A DNA stretch of 14,520 nt from the NCBI GenBank assembly GCA_046570105.1, contig JBKHVI010000062.1:1-14520 (forward strand), in the 5' to 3' direction. A program made the translations under genes and the position numbers. The notes beneath the pieces were generated by a model. The model was given only the letters and a program-made list of their open reading frames with translations. It searched no databases and was not told where the DNA came from. The stretch is from Bacteriovoracia bacterium (GTDB lineage: Bacteria; Bdellovibrionota; Bacteriovoracia; Bacteriovoracales; Bacteriovoracaceae). Below are positions 1 through 8,281 of the stretch, in pieces (within the stretch, counting starts at the first letter, position 1; each line of letters starts with the position of its first letter).

Positions 1-544
1 ATGATTCAGAGGTAAAACATTGGCCAGAGTAGGCGACACAGAGTGCACCATGTACAAAAACTTCAAGCTCGCGCTCAGTGCCTTTGCGAATCAATTTGAT
101 TTCATCCAATGAATTCTCGCGGCCTAGAACGAAACGCTGAACCGAGAGATCTTCCAAAAGATGAATCGCTTCATCATTGGTGACCGTCATCTGAGTTGAG
201 CCGTGAATACGCATCTGCGGGGCCATCTCACGAATGAGTTGTACTAATCCTAGATCTTGCACAATAAATGCATCAGGTCCAAGCGGGATAATTTCTTTTA
301 AGATTTCGGCGGCGGTTGCGAGTTCATTTTCAAAAACTAAAACGTTAAATGCCAGGTGAACTTTAACGCCATAAAGATGGCAGTGATCGATGAGTTCTTT
401 GAGTTCTGAAATGGATAAATCCTGGGTGCGCCCACGAGCATTAAATCCTGGCACACCCACATAAATAGCATCGGCCCCGCCATGGATAGCGGCAATCGCC
501 ATAGGAAGGTTGCCCACAGGTAAAAGGAGTTCCGGATGCTTCAT
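1..544 (-). CDS. U32 peptidase-family protein (RlhA/TrhP-like Fe-S RNA hydroxylase family), 3' end outside window
   Basis: Not in the ORF track; translated by hand from ATG at 544: MKHPELLLPVGNLPMAIAAIHAGADAIYVG...FNAR...IVQDLG...IHGSTQMTV...FVLGRE...LEVFVHGALCVAYSGQC. These are typical U32 motifs. The frame is open to the window edge. Confidence 0.92.
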   Translation of the reverse strand, partial: MKHPELLLPVGNLPMAIAAIHGGADAIYVGVPGFNARGRTQDLSISELKELIDHCHLYGVKVHLAFNVLVFENELATAAEILKEIIPLGPDAFIVQDLGLVQLIREMAPQMRIHGSTQMTVTNDEAIHLLEDLSVQRFVLGRENSLDEIKLIRKGTERELEVFVHGALCVAYSGQCFTSES

Positions 545-551
545 GGAGAGC

Positions 552-581
552 GTTGTAACAAAACTAAGGAGACCGCGGCAA
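552..581 (-). promoter_or_regulatory. Putative sigma70-like promoter for the U32 gene
   Basis: Minus strand reads TTGCCG-N18-TACAAC with an extended -10 TG, 7 nt before the ATG. There is no SD. Confidence 0.35.
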
Positions 582-587
582 CCAGTC

Positions 588-953
588 TTAAAACTGGCCA
601 GTTCGTAACATCACGAGAGTACAGGCCTCAAGCACCTCAATCCCTTGCTCGCTTAGCATTTTTTGCAGGGTGGGATTCTCTGAACCGGGGTTAAATATGA
701 CTCGCTTAGGCGCCAATTTGAGAATCGCCTCTTTCAAAGGTGTGCTCAATGCCTCAGAGATATACATCGTGAGGGTGTCAATCTCACCATCAGGCAATTG
801 GGCGAGATGTGGCCAGACCTTCTCGCCCTCCACCACTGTTTCGCGGGGATGAACGGGCAAGGCGCTAAAACCCCGAGCTTTGAGCTCACGCATTGCCATA
901 TTGGAGTAGCGGGAAGGATTGCTCGACGCACCTAAAACAACCACCTGTTTCAT
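588..953 (-). CDS. CoA-binding protein (YccU / CoA_binding_2 family)
   Basis: VVVLGASSNPSRYS, PVHP, VIFNPGSEN and EACTLVML motifs. ATG at 953 is preferred over GTG at 959. Confidence 0.9.
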   Translation of the reverse strand: MKQVVVLGASSNPSRYSNMAMRELKARGFSALPVHPRETVVEGEKVWPHLAQLPDGEIDTLTMYISEALSTPLKEAILKLAPKRVIFNPGSENPTLQKMLSEQGIEVLEACTLVMLRTGQF

Positions 954-1005
954 TGGCACCCTGATTCAGTTTGAGATAATATTCTGGCATCAAGGATACC
1001 TCGTT

Positions 1006-2325
1006 ATGCCACTAAAAACCAAAGCCTTTCACGATGAATCGGCGCTCAAAGAGCACCTCAAAACTCATCTACCGACTTTTTATATTTCGTCTCGCACCTC
1101 AACGGTCATCCCCTACGATAAACTAGAGAAAGAAATTACCGATGAATTGATTTTAGGCGATCTCTCAAAAATCGCTGGCACCATGCGGATGAAAGGTACA
1201 AACCTGGTGCTGCGTGGTTCGGTGAACTGGCAAGATGCCGATCAATTTTTAAAAACGCAAGGCCGCGCTATTATGACCTCCCCCACTGAGCAACTTGCGC
1301 TCGTGTTGGCCGGTGTCGCCACTTCTTGCACCGGAGAGCGCTGTTTTGCTTACGGCAACCTTCGTCGCCAGGTGGTGAGTCTTAAATATCTCGATCACAA
1401 TGGTGATGAAAAAGAACTCTTCCGCGACAAACCTTTTGAAGCGGCCACTGGACTTAGTGATTATCAGCAAAGCTTCAAGACGTATGAGACATACAAAAAC
1501 GCTCCTTACCCGCGCTTCAATCAAGAAACTGATCTAATGATTGGAACGGAAGGACAATTGGGTGTGGTCACCGAAGTTGAACTGGAAACCGCTCCACATG
1601 ATGATGTCACTCACCTCTTTATGCTGCTGCCTCGCTGGGAAGATGATTTTGCTCCCCATATGGAAATTTTTGAAAAAGTGCAGCATTTCCGTGGCGAAGT
1701 GATCTCCTGTGAACTCTTAGACTCAAACTGTATGGGTTATCTGAAACCAGACGAGCGCTTAGGCTCTCACCAGGATGTGGTGTTCTTAGAAATCAAATCG
1801 GAACATTTTGAACGCGTATACGGCGAACTCATTGGCGAACTCACTCTCGTTTCTCCCGAAAATATTTTTGAGATCAGCTCTCAGAAGTTCCATCAAGTCC
1901 GTGCCGGTGTTCCTCGCGCTGTTTTCGAAGAAAACTCACGTATGGGTGTCAAGAAAATGGGTACAGACTGCCAAGTCGCTCCTGATAAATTCCCTGCATT
2001 AATGGAATTCTATCGTGATGCCGCACGCCTCGGAGTGCGCTACAATCTATTTGGTCATTTCGGTGATGCTCACTTGCACTACAACTATATGCCTCGTCCC
2101 GAGGACACCGCAAAGTGCCAAGAGAAATTTGAAGAACTTTATGCCAAGGTTCTAAACTGGCAGGGTTCACCTTTTGCTGAGCACGGCATCGGTCTTCTCA
2201 AACAAAAATTTATCAAGCCTTTCATTCATGACGAACAACTGACTCTATTTAAAATTCTTAAGGCCAAGCATGATCCTCATGGACAGTTTTTCCCACAGGG
2301 TTTTATGACGACCTTGACGAGATAG
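1006..2325 (+). CDS. FAD-binding oxidoreductase (GlcD/D-lactate dehydrogenase-like, FAD_binding_4 plus FAD-oxidase_C)
   Basis: LMIGTEGQLGVVTEV, FGHFGDAHLH, GSPFAEHGIG and K-x-x-x-DP motifs. ATG at 1006 has AAGGA upstream; the track start at 919 overlaps the divergent gene. Confidence 0.85.
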   Translation: MPLKTKAFHDESALKEHLKTHLPTFYISSRTSTVIPYDKLEKEITDELILGDLSKIAGTMRMKGTNLVLRGSVNWQDADQFLKTQGRAIMTSPTEQLALVLAGVATSCTGERCFAYGNLRRQVVSLKYLDHNGDEKELFRDKPFEAATGLSDYQQSFKTYETYKNAPYPRFNQETDLMIGTEGQLGVVTEVELETAPHDDVTHLFMLLPRWEDDFAPHMEIFEKVQHFRGEVISCELLDSNCMGYLKPDERLGSHQDVVFLEIKSEHFERVYGELIGELTLVSPENIFEISSQKFHQVRAGVPRAVFEENSRMGVKKMGTDCQVAPDKFPALMEFYRDAARLGVRYNLFGHFGDAHLHYNYMPRPEDTAKCQEKFEELYAKVLNWQGSPFAEHGIGLLKQKFIKPFIHDEQLTLFKILKAKHDPHGQFFPQGFMTTLTR

Positions 2326-2331
2326 GACTCT

Positions 2332-3225
2332 ATGCTTCTACTAGTATTAGTATTTATTCAAACGAGCTTCGCTCAGATTGAGCGACTTAACTTTTTTCCT
2401 GAATCGAAGAGCTTTCTTGCTCTTGAGTATAAATACACCAACGATAATACCTACGCCAAAATCCCCAGCGAAGAACAAAAAACTAAACGTCAGTACGGCA
2501 CCGCCATTAAAGGAAGTTTCGATTACCGCTTTTTTGATAAAACTTTTATTGGTATCTCCATCGACTATGGCGAGGGTGAAGAAGTCGGTGCTCGCTATGG
2601 AGATTCGGGCCTAAGAGAATACGAAAACCAGGGTTTTGGTGACCCAGAAATTCATTCTCGTACCCGTCTGCGCTCTCAAGAAAAAGATCGCGGCTCCCTA
2701 GATCTTCTTATTAGTCTACGCTCTGGTCTAGAGACAGCTGAAGTTGGAACCGCTGAGTCGAATCGAAAAATGGGTTATACCAATCTCAACGTAGCTCTTG
2801 CCCATGGCTATCATGAAGATCGCTGGGACTTTCGCTCAACTCTTGCACTAAACCAGGCCTTTGAAGGTGAAGAGAAAAATCTTCAAAGTAACCAAACATT
2901 CACACTTAAATCTCACCGTGATCTCAGCTTTAGTTTCCACGCTCAATATGAGTTAAGGCCAACTTGGTATCTCGTCTCAGGCATTGGCATTATCTATCGA
3001 GGAGCGCAACGACTCGATGATGGCGATGGTGACACTCGAAAAATTCAGGCCGGCACGGGTAGCTTGTTTGATTTAGGCTTCAAAAAGATTCTAAGCACTT
3101 CAGATGCTCTGACACTTAATATTCATCACTATCGCAATGAGTATTTTGTGAAGGGCGATCCAAGTAATTTTGATGGCTATGAGCGCTTTTACGCCGTCGC
3201 TCTCACCTGGATAAGAACTCTCTAG
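2332..3225 (+). CDS. Exported protein, probable outer-membrane beta-barrel
   Basis: Signal-peptide-like N-terminus (MLLLVLVFIQTSFA), many alternating aromatic/hydrophobic strands, C-terminal YAVALTW strand, AGGA SD. Confidence 0.7.
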   Translation: MLLLVLVFIQTSFAQIERLNFFPESKSFLALEYKYTNDNTYAKIPSEEQKTKRQYGTAIKGSFDYRFFDKTFIGISIDYGEGEEVGARYGDSGLREYENQGFGDPEIHSRTRLRSQEKDRGSLDLLISLRSGLETAEVGTAESNRKMGYTNLNVALAHGYHEDRWDFRSTLALNQAFEGEEKNLQSNQTFTLKSHRDLSFSFHAQYELRPTWYLVSGIGIIYRGAQRLDDGDGDTRKIQAGTGSLFDLGFKKILSTSDALTLNIHHYRNEYFVKGDPSNFDGYERFYAVALTWIRTL

Positions 3226-3758
3226 AAACTAGTTTTCCAACCCAGCGCTAGCGATACATGATCCCAAGGTCCGACTGTTTCGGTGTTACTTGCCAGATTC
3301 ACCAGCCATAAATCATTGATGCCGCCTTCAAAATAGAAGCGCGTATCTCTTTTCTGATTAATCGCAATCGATGTACCTAAATTAAGTAGGACTCGAAAGG
3401 CATTCACAGAATAATAACCATTCGGGGCCTCACGATACTTAGAAGTTTCATAGCGCAGACCCAGCACATGATAAATATTGAGTCCGCCATAAAACTCCAT
3501 ACGATCCCAATCGTAGAAGCGATAAGTTTGCCTGAGGGTAACAGTTTCAATCATCTCTGTTTTAGAAAATTCTTTAGGAACAATTCCGTACATCACACCC
3601 AAAGAGTATCGTGGAGTAATATTTTTCCCAAGTCCCGCAGAAAGCACTCCGACTTCACCGGCCACTTGCAAATTGGCATGATCAATATAGGGAATGCCCC
3701 ACGCGAGTGGAGTAATAAACAGAAAAATGAAAGCGAACTTAGAGGTTAATGAGTTGAT
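3222..3758 (-). CDS. Small exported protein, probable outer-membrane beta-barrel; apparent non-canonical ATC start
   Basis: The frame is open 29 codons upstream of the track start (3671) and encodes a signal peptide, (I/M)NSLTSKFAFIFLFITPLAWG. GGAGGAG lies 6 nt before ATC at 3758. The C-terminus SLALGWKTSF ends in Phe, typical of a beta-signal. Confidence 0.7.
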   Translation of the reverse strand: MNSLTSKFAFIFLFITPLAWGIPYIDHANLQVAGEVGVLSAGLGKNITPRYSLGVMYGIVPKEFSKTEMIETVTLRQTYRFYDWDRMEFYGGLNIYHVLGLRYETSKYREAPNGYYSVNAFRVLLNLGTSIAINQKRDTRFYFEGGINDLWLVNLASNTETVGPWDHVSLALGWKTSF

Positions 3759-4509
3759 GAGTCACTCCTCCACCGGCAAAGACGAGTTCTACATAAACTC
3801 GTTTGCTGGCAGCACCAACAACAACTTGTTTGGCATTTCCAAAATCAGAGACGGCATGATTATGATCATGCCCACAAATAAAGTAATTCACGCCATTGGC
3901 ATTCACGATATTGCGCCAACGATCGACTTGATCTGTTGAGAAGCGCTCATCATCATCCACTGGAACATGAGCAAAGAGTAATTTATTGGCCTGCACACTG
4001 TTGGTCAGCTCACGTTCAACCCAGTCCACATCTGGTGTATTACCGCTGACTTCCCAGTTATTATTATTAAAAATAATAAATTGGGTATTTTTAAAAGCAA
4101 AACTCAATTTATCTGGCCCATACAAGCGATCAAAAATAGTTTGACCGTTTGAGATCATGTCGTGATTTCCGGCCGCCACGATGATGGGATATTTGAGTTC
4201 CGCCAGCAGGTCTTGAGTTTTTTTGAATTCATCCACCAATCCGACATTGGTCAAATCACCAGTGACAATGACAAAAGCGTAAGGACCGCGCTTGTTGATC
4301 TCTTTCACGATTTTTTTCAAATCATTATAATAGTTATGAGTATCTGAAATCACGGCCACTTTGAAATCAGCTGGTGTGGTGGCTTCTTTCTCTTGGATAA
4401 GTTTCAAGTTTTGAGCATTCAACTCGATATCAGAAACATCGGCAGTATAAGGACTGTATGAGAACTTGCAGCTGACTAAGATAATTAAAAAACAAAGCCA
4501 CTTAATCAT
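3739..4509 (-). CDS. Calcineurin-like metallophosphoesterase, predicted lipoprotein
   Basis: ISDTH, TGDLT, GNHD and GHDH motifs. MIKWLCFLIILVSC contains a lipobox-like LVSC. ATG at 4509 has an AGGA SD. Confidence 0.9.
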   Translation of the reverse strand: MIKWLCFLIILVSCKFSYSPYTADVSDIELNAQNLKLIQEKEATTPADFKVAVISDTHNYYNDLKKIVKEINKRGPYAFVIVTGDLTNVGLVDEFKKTQDLLAELKYPIIVAAGNHDMISNGQTIFDRLYGPDKLSFAFKNTQFIIFNNNNWEVSGNTPDVDWVERELTNSVQANKLLFAHVPVDDDERFSTDQVDRWRNIVNANGVNYFICGHDHNHAVSDFGNAKQVVVGAASKRVYVELVFAGGGVTHQLINL

Positions 4510-4516
4510 AGCGATC

Positions 4517-5314
4517 CTAGTTTCGGCGTGCCACCAGCACGACTTCTTGATGATGGGAAGGCAGTAAACGTACTTCGGTACGGCGATAGCCCCACTCACG
4601 GACACGCTGCTCATGCTGAGCAATTTCTCGTGTGACTTCTGGTTTACCGATTTTAAGCGTGATCACTAAACCGCGAGGTTTCTCCACTTCACGCAACAGA
4701 CGTCCCAAGTGTGAAAGCACTGAACCTGGTGCCAAATTCAAATCAGAGAGCCACCAATCCACTCCTTGGATTTCTTCGCCACTTAATTCTTGAAAGGGTT
4801 TTTTGATATGACGATAACTCGCGTAGTGATTAAGCCGCTCATCCATCAAGGCCGGATCAACAGCACGGACATGCAAACCACGGTTCAAGAGCGCCATCAC
4901 TGCACCGCCCGGAGCGGCACCCACTTCAAGAGCGGTATCTCCGCTTTTCATATCGAGTTTAAATAAGCGAATGGCTTCTTCGATTTTGAGCCAGGCCCGC
5001 GACGGAGAATCACTTGGTAGCTCTAAATGTGACAATTGCAAGGGATCGTTCCACAACGGAGCTGGTGTTTGAACTTTCACACTCCAGCGACCGCCATCAC
5101 CCAAATCAAGAATGGTGGCACCAGGAATATCTTCTTTACCAAGGCATTCACCCCATAAACGCGCGAACACAGGGGTGGGCCAAGCGCCTTCACCTTTGAA
5201 GGTAATAAAACCGGGAGCCGAGTAGGCCAGACGCCAATCCGGAAAACGAGTCGTCATCTCAGATTTAAGAGATTTTTCTAACCCAACGTTAGTAAGACAG
5301 AAGAAAAAGGCCAT
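4517..5314 (-). CDS. SAM-dependent FtsJ-type RNA methyltransferase, RlmM-like (short form)
   Basis: PSRAWLKIEEA (compare RlmM PSRSTLKLEEA), LEVGAAPGG, AVDPALMD, VDWWLSD. ATG at 5314 is chosen because the longer ORF overlaps the divergent gene. Confidence 0.8.
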   Translation of the reverse strand: MAFFFCLTNVGLEKSLKSEMTTRFPDWRLAYSAPGFITFKGEGAWPTPVFARLWGECLGKEDIPGATILDLGDGGRWSVKVQTPAPLWNDPLQLSHLELPSDSPSRAWLKIEEAIRLFKLDMKSGDTALEVGAAPGGAVMALLNRGLHVRAVDPALMDERLNHYASYRHIKKPFQELSGEEIQGVDWWLSDLNLAPGSVLSHLGRLLREVEKPRGLVITLKIGKPEVTREIAQHEQRVREWGYRRTEVRLLPSHHQEVVLVARRN

Positions 5315-5335
5315 AAAAGGTTGTAGAAAGTGTTT

Positions 5336-5926
5336 ATGCAAAAGCCAAGAGAAATTCAAACGCTCCTTAGTTTCTTTGAGACTGAAGGCGCGCGTTTTGC
5401 TAGGGCCCAACAAGCCTCGGGCATGCACTGCCCTCCCGGCTGTGGTGCCTGTTGTATCAATCCTGCCGTTGAGGTGAGTCCGCTAGAAATGCTTCCCATG
5501 GCCTATGCCTTGCTGGAACAAGGAAAAGCCGAAGCACTCTTAGAGCAGATCTCAAATCATCCAACCAGCGCTTGCCCATTATATGAAGCTCAACCAGAGG
5601 ATCCCAAAAAAGGTCGCTGCACCCAATACGAAACGCGTCCTCTCTTATGTCGTTTGTTTGGAGTGAGCGCTCGGCGGGATAAGTATAATGAGTTAGAAAT
5701 GATGCTGTGTCGGGAACTCAAAAATCTCTATCCCGAGCTGGCCCAAGATTCTCAAGGCCAGATCGAGAAGCTTCCCTTGGTAACAGAAAGTTATCAGGCG
5801 CTCATGGAACTTGATTCACGCCATCTCTTAGATCGCCAACGTATTAGCCTAGCTTTAAGTGTTGCATTAGAAAAAGTATTGTATGTGTCGCACCTGGTCG
5901 GTGGCCAACGCACTGAAAACACTTAA
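5336..5926 (+). CDS. YkgJ-family cysteine-cluster (CxxxCxxCC) putative Fe-S/Zn protein
   Basis: CPPGCGACC, CPLY and CTQYETRPLLCRLFG motifs. Start is ATG 5336 or GTG 5330. Confidence 0.88.
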   Translation: MQKPREIQTLLSFFETEGARFARAQQASGMHCPPGCGACCINPAVEVSPLEMLPMAYALLEQGKAEALLEQISNHPTSACPLYEAQPEDPKKGRCTQYETRPLLCRLFGVSARRDKYNELEMMLCRELKNLYPELAQDSQGQIEKLPLVTESYQALMELDSRHLLDRQRISLALSVALEKVLYVSHLVGGQRTENT

Positions 5927-5959
5927 CAAAATCTTAAAAAACGAACTCGAAAATAATTC

Positions 5960-5988
5960 ATGACATCCCCTCTTTCGTTACCTATAGT
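5960..5988 (+). promoter_or_regulatory. Putative sigma70 promoter of the endonuclease gene
   Basis: ATGACA-N17-TATAGT; each box matches the consensus at 5 of 6 positions. Confidence 0.55.
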
Positions 5989-6017
5989 TTTTGCAACTCT
6001 AACGACATGGATGACAT

Positions 6018-6839
6018 ATGTTTATTCGTCTTTTGGTTCTCTTAAGTTTTGTAACAACAACCGCTTTCGCTGACCCAAATCAGGTGTTAAGCGATGGTCG
6101 CCTCGCCTACTACGGCGAATTCAGTGCTCAAAAATCAAATAATCTCAAAAAAGAACTCTACGACATCATGAGCTCATCTCACCTTTCTATTAAAGGTAAA
6201 GTTGATCGCATCGGAGCTTGTGAAGGTGAGCGTAATTGCTACCGCCATCTCCAAGTTGGTTACTCTCGCGCTCGCACCATCATGTTTGGTGAGCTTTTTG
6301 TTGAGCGCGATAATAACGGTATGTTTGTTGAGGAAGTTTACTGCGAGAGAAAAATTTATTTCCGTAGCGTAAATGATATTCCCGGTATGAACAGCAAAGT
6401 GAATATCGAGCACACCTGGCCGCAAAGTAAATTCAGTCGTTCATATGGAAAAGAGCTCCAAAAGAGCGATATGCATCATCTCTTCCCTACAGATTCAAAG
6501 GCCAATAGTATCCGCGGCAACCATAAATTTGGGGAGTCTCGTGGCTACATGAATAACGATCTCTGTGAAGCCTCATCGATTGAGCACACCAACGATGGTT
6601 TGGTTTTCACTCCACCAGAAAAACACCGTGGCAACGTCGCTCGCGCGCTCTTCTACTTCTCTATTCGCTACCAAATGCCAATCGATCCTGAACAAGAAGC
6701 AGTACTTCGCCAATGGCACGCAGAAGACCCAATCGATCAAGCAGAAATTGAGCGCAACAACATGATTGCTAAGCATCAATTAATCCGCAATCCATTTGTA
6801 GATTTCCCTGGCCTCACACAAGATGTGATGGATTTCTAA
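6018..6839 (+). CDS. Secreted endonuclease I (EndA/Endonuclease_1 family)
   Basis: Signal peptide (...TTTAFA), NIEHTWPQS, DMHHLFP, NSIRGN, RGNVARALFYF, W-x-x-x-DP, E-x-x-RN and RNPFVD motifs. Confidence 0.92.
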   Translation: MFIRLLVLLSFVTTTAFADPNQVLSDGRLAYYGEFSAQKSNNLKKELYDIMSSSHLSIKGKVDRIGACEGERNCYRHLQVGYSRARTIMFGELFVERDNNGMFVEEVYCERKIYFRSVNDIPGMNSKVNIEHTWPQSKFSRSYGKELQKSDMHHLFPTDSKANSIRGNHKFGESRGYMNNDLCEASSIEHTNDGLVFTPPEKHRGNVARALFYFSIRYQMPIDPEQEAVLRQWHAEDPIDQAEIERNNMIAKHQLIRNPFVDFPGLTQDVMDF

Positions 6840-6920
6840 AAACTCGCTGCAGCAACTTCTAAAAAGCACTATCAACCTTAAGTCCTAGCATGATAAAACA
6901 CCTCTCTCACGAGGTGTATC

Positions 6921-7622
6921 ATGCAAGGATTTAACAAAGTTGTTTCAACTTATGATGAGGCCATGAAAGGTCTCTCAAACGACATGCTTCTGATGGTCGG
7001 TGGATTTGGCCTATGTGGCATTCCCGAAGGTCTCATCAAGTGGATTTATGACCATGGTCAAAAAGGCCTCACCTGCATTTCCAATAATGCTGGCGTAGAT
7101 GGTTTTGGCCTGGGTCTTCTTTTAGAAAAAAAACAAATCAAAAAAATGATCTCTAGCTACGTCGGAGAAAATGCTCTGTTTGAAAAGCAAGTCCTCTCAG
7201 GCGAACTTGAAATCGAGCTCACTCCGCAAGGAACTCTTGCGGAAAAGATTCGCGCGACTGGCGCAGGCATCCCAGCTTTCTTTACGGCCACTGGTTTCGG
7301 AACATTGATCGGCGAAGGTAAAGACGTCAAAGTCATCAATGGCCGCTCTTATATTCTTGAACATTCCTATCCAAAAGCCGACTTCTCTCTCGTGCGCGCC
7401 TGGAAAGCTGATACCTACGGTAATTTGATCTTTAGAAAAACTGCCATGAATTTTAACCCTATGATCGCTATGGCAGGAAAAATCACTGTCGCTGAAGTCG
7501 AAGAGATCGTGGCCCCAGGGGAACTCGATCCAAACTATATTCATGTTCCAGGCATCTATGTAAATCGTGTTATCAAAGGCAACTTTGAGAAACGTATTGA
7601 ACAACGTACGGTGAGGAAATAA
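6921..7622 (+). CDS. scoA: 3-oxoacid (succinyl-CoA:3-ketoacid) CoA-transferase subunit A
   Basis: [30 protein letters not shown] and PQGTLAE motifs; GAGGTG SD. Confidence 0.93.
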   Translation: MQGFNKVVSTYDEAMKGLSNDMLLMVGGFGLCGIPEGLIKWIYDHGQKGLTCISNNAGVDGFGLGLLLEKKQIKKMISSYVGENALFEKQVLSGELEIELTPQGTLAEKIRATGAGIPAFFTATGFGTLIGEGKDVKVINGRSYILEHSYPKADFSLVRAWKADTYGNLIFRKTAMNFNPMIAMAGKITVAEVEEIVAPGELDPNYIHVPGIYVNRVIKGNFEKRIEQRTVRK

Positions 7623-7624
7623 TT

Positions 7625-8281
7625 ATGGCACTCTCAAGAGAACAAATTGCTCAACGTATTGCCCGTGAAATTAAAGACGGCTACTACGTCAATCTTGGCA
7701 TCGGTATCCCAACTTTAGTTGCCAACTATGTCCCTCAAGGCATGAGTGTCATGTTGCAATCAGAAAATGGAATTCTTGGCATGGGAGAATTCCCGACTGA
7801 GCAAACCATTGATGCGGATTTGATTAATGCCGGCAAACAAACTGTCACCGTCATTCCGGGAGCTGCCTTTTTCTCATCGGCCGACTCTTTTGCAATGATT
7901 CGCGGTGGTCATGTTGATTTAACGGTTTTAGGTGCTTTTGAGGTGGATGCAACGGGAGCTCTCGCTTCTTGGATGATTCCTGGAAAGCTTATTAAAGGTA
8001 TGGGCGGAGCGATGGATCTGGTCGCTGGTGCCGAGAATATCATTGTCGCCATGTCACACGCTGCAAAAGATGGCGCTTCTAAAATTCTAAAAAAATGTTC
8101 ACTCCCACTCACAGGTGTCAATTGCGTAAAGCTTGTCGTGACTGATTTAGCGGTACTTGAATTAAAAAATGGCGTGTTTCATTTATTAGAGCGTGCTCCA
8201 GGTGTTTCAGTCGAAGAAATTAAAACTAAGACTGAAGCTGAGCTTGTTATTCCGGCCAATGTACCTGAGATGAAGTTCTAG
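7625..8281 (+). CDS. scoB: 3-oxoacid CoA-transferase subunit B
   Basis: [10 protein letters not shown], catalytic [22 protein letters not shown]. Starts 2 nt after the scoA stop. Confidence 0.93.
   Translation: MALSREQIAQRIAREIKDGYYVNLGIGIPTLVANYVPQGMSVMLQSENGILGMGEFPTEQTIDADLINAGKQTVTVIPGAAFFSSADSFAMIRGGHVDLTVLGAFEVDATGALASWMIPGKLIKGMGGAMDLVAGAENIIVAMSHAAKDGASKILKKCSLPLTGVNCVKLVVTDLAVLELKNGVFHLLERAPGVSVEEIKTKTEAELVIPANVPEMKF

Noticed and set aside
919..1005. Extended N-termini in the ORF track (919, 4623, 5428, 8906, 13746)
   Set aside because: They overlap neighbouring genes or lack an SD. Downstream ATGs (1006, 4509, 5314, 8882, 13722) fit SD, signal peptide or family starts better.
3222..3225. 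Convergent genes sharing a CTAG stop palindrome
   Set aside because: A common compact-genome overlap with no further structure.
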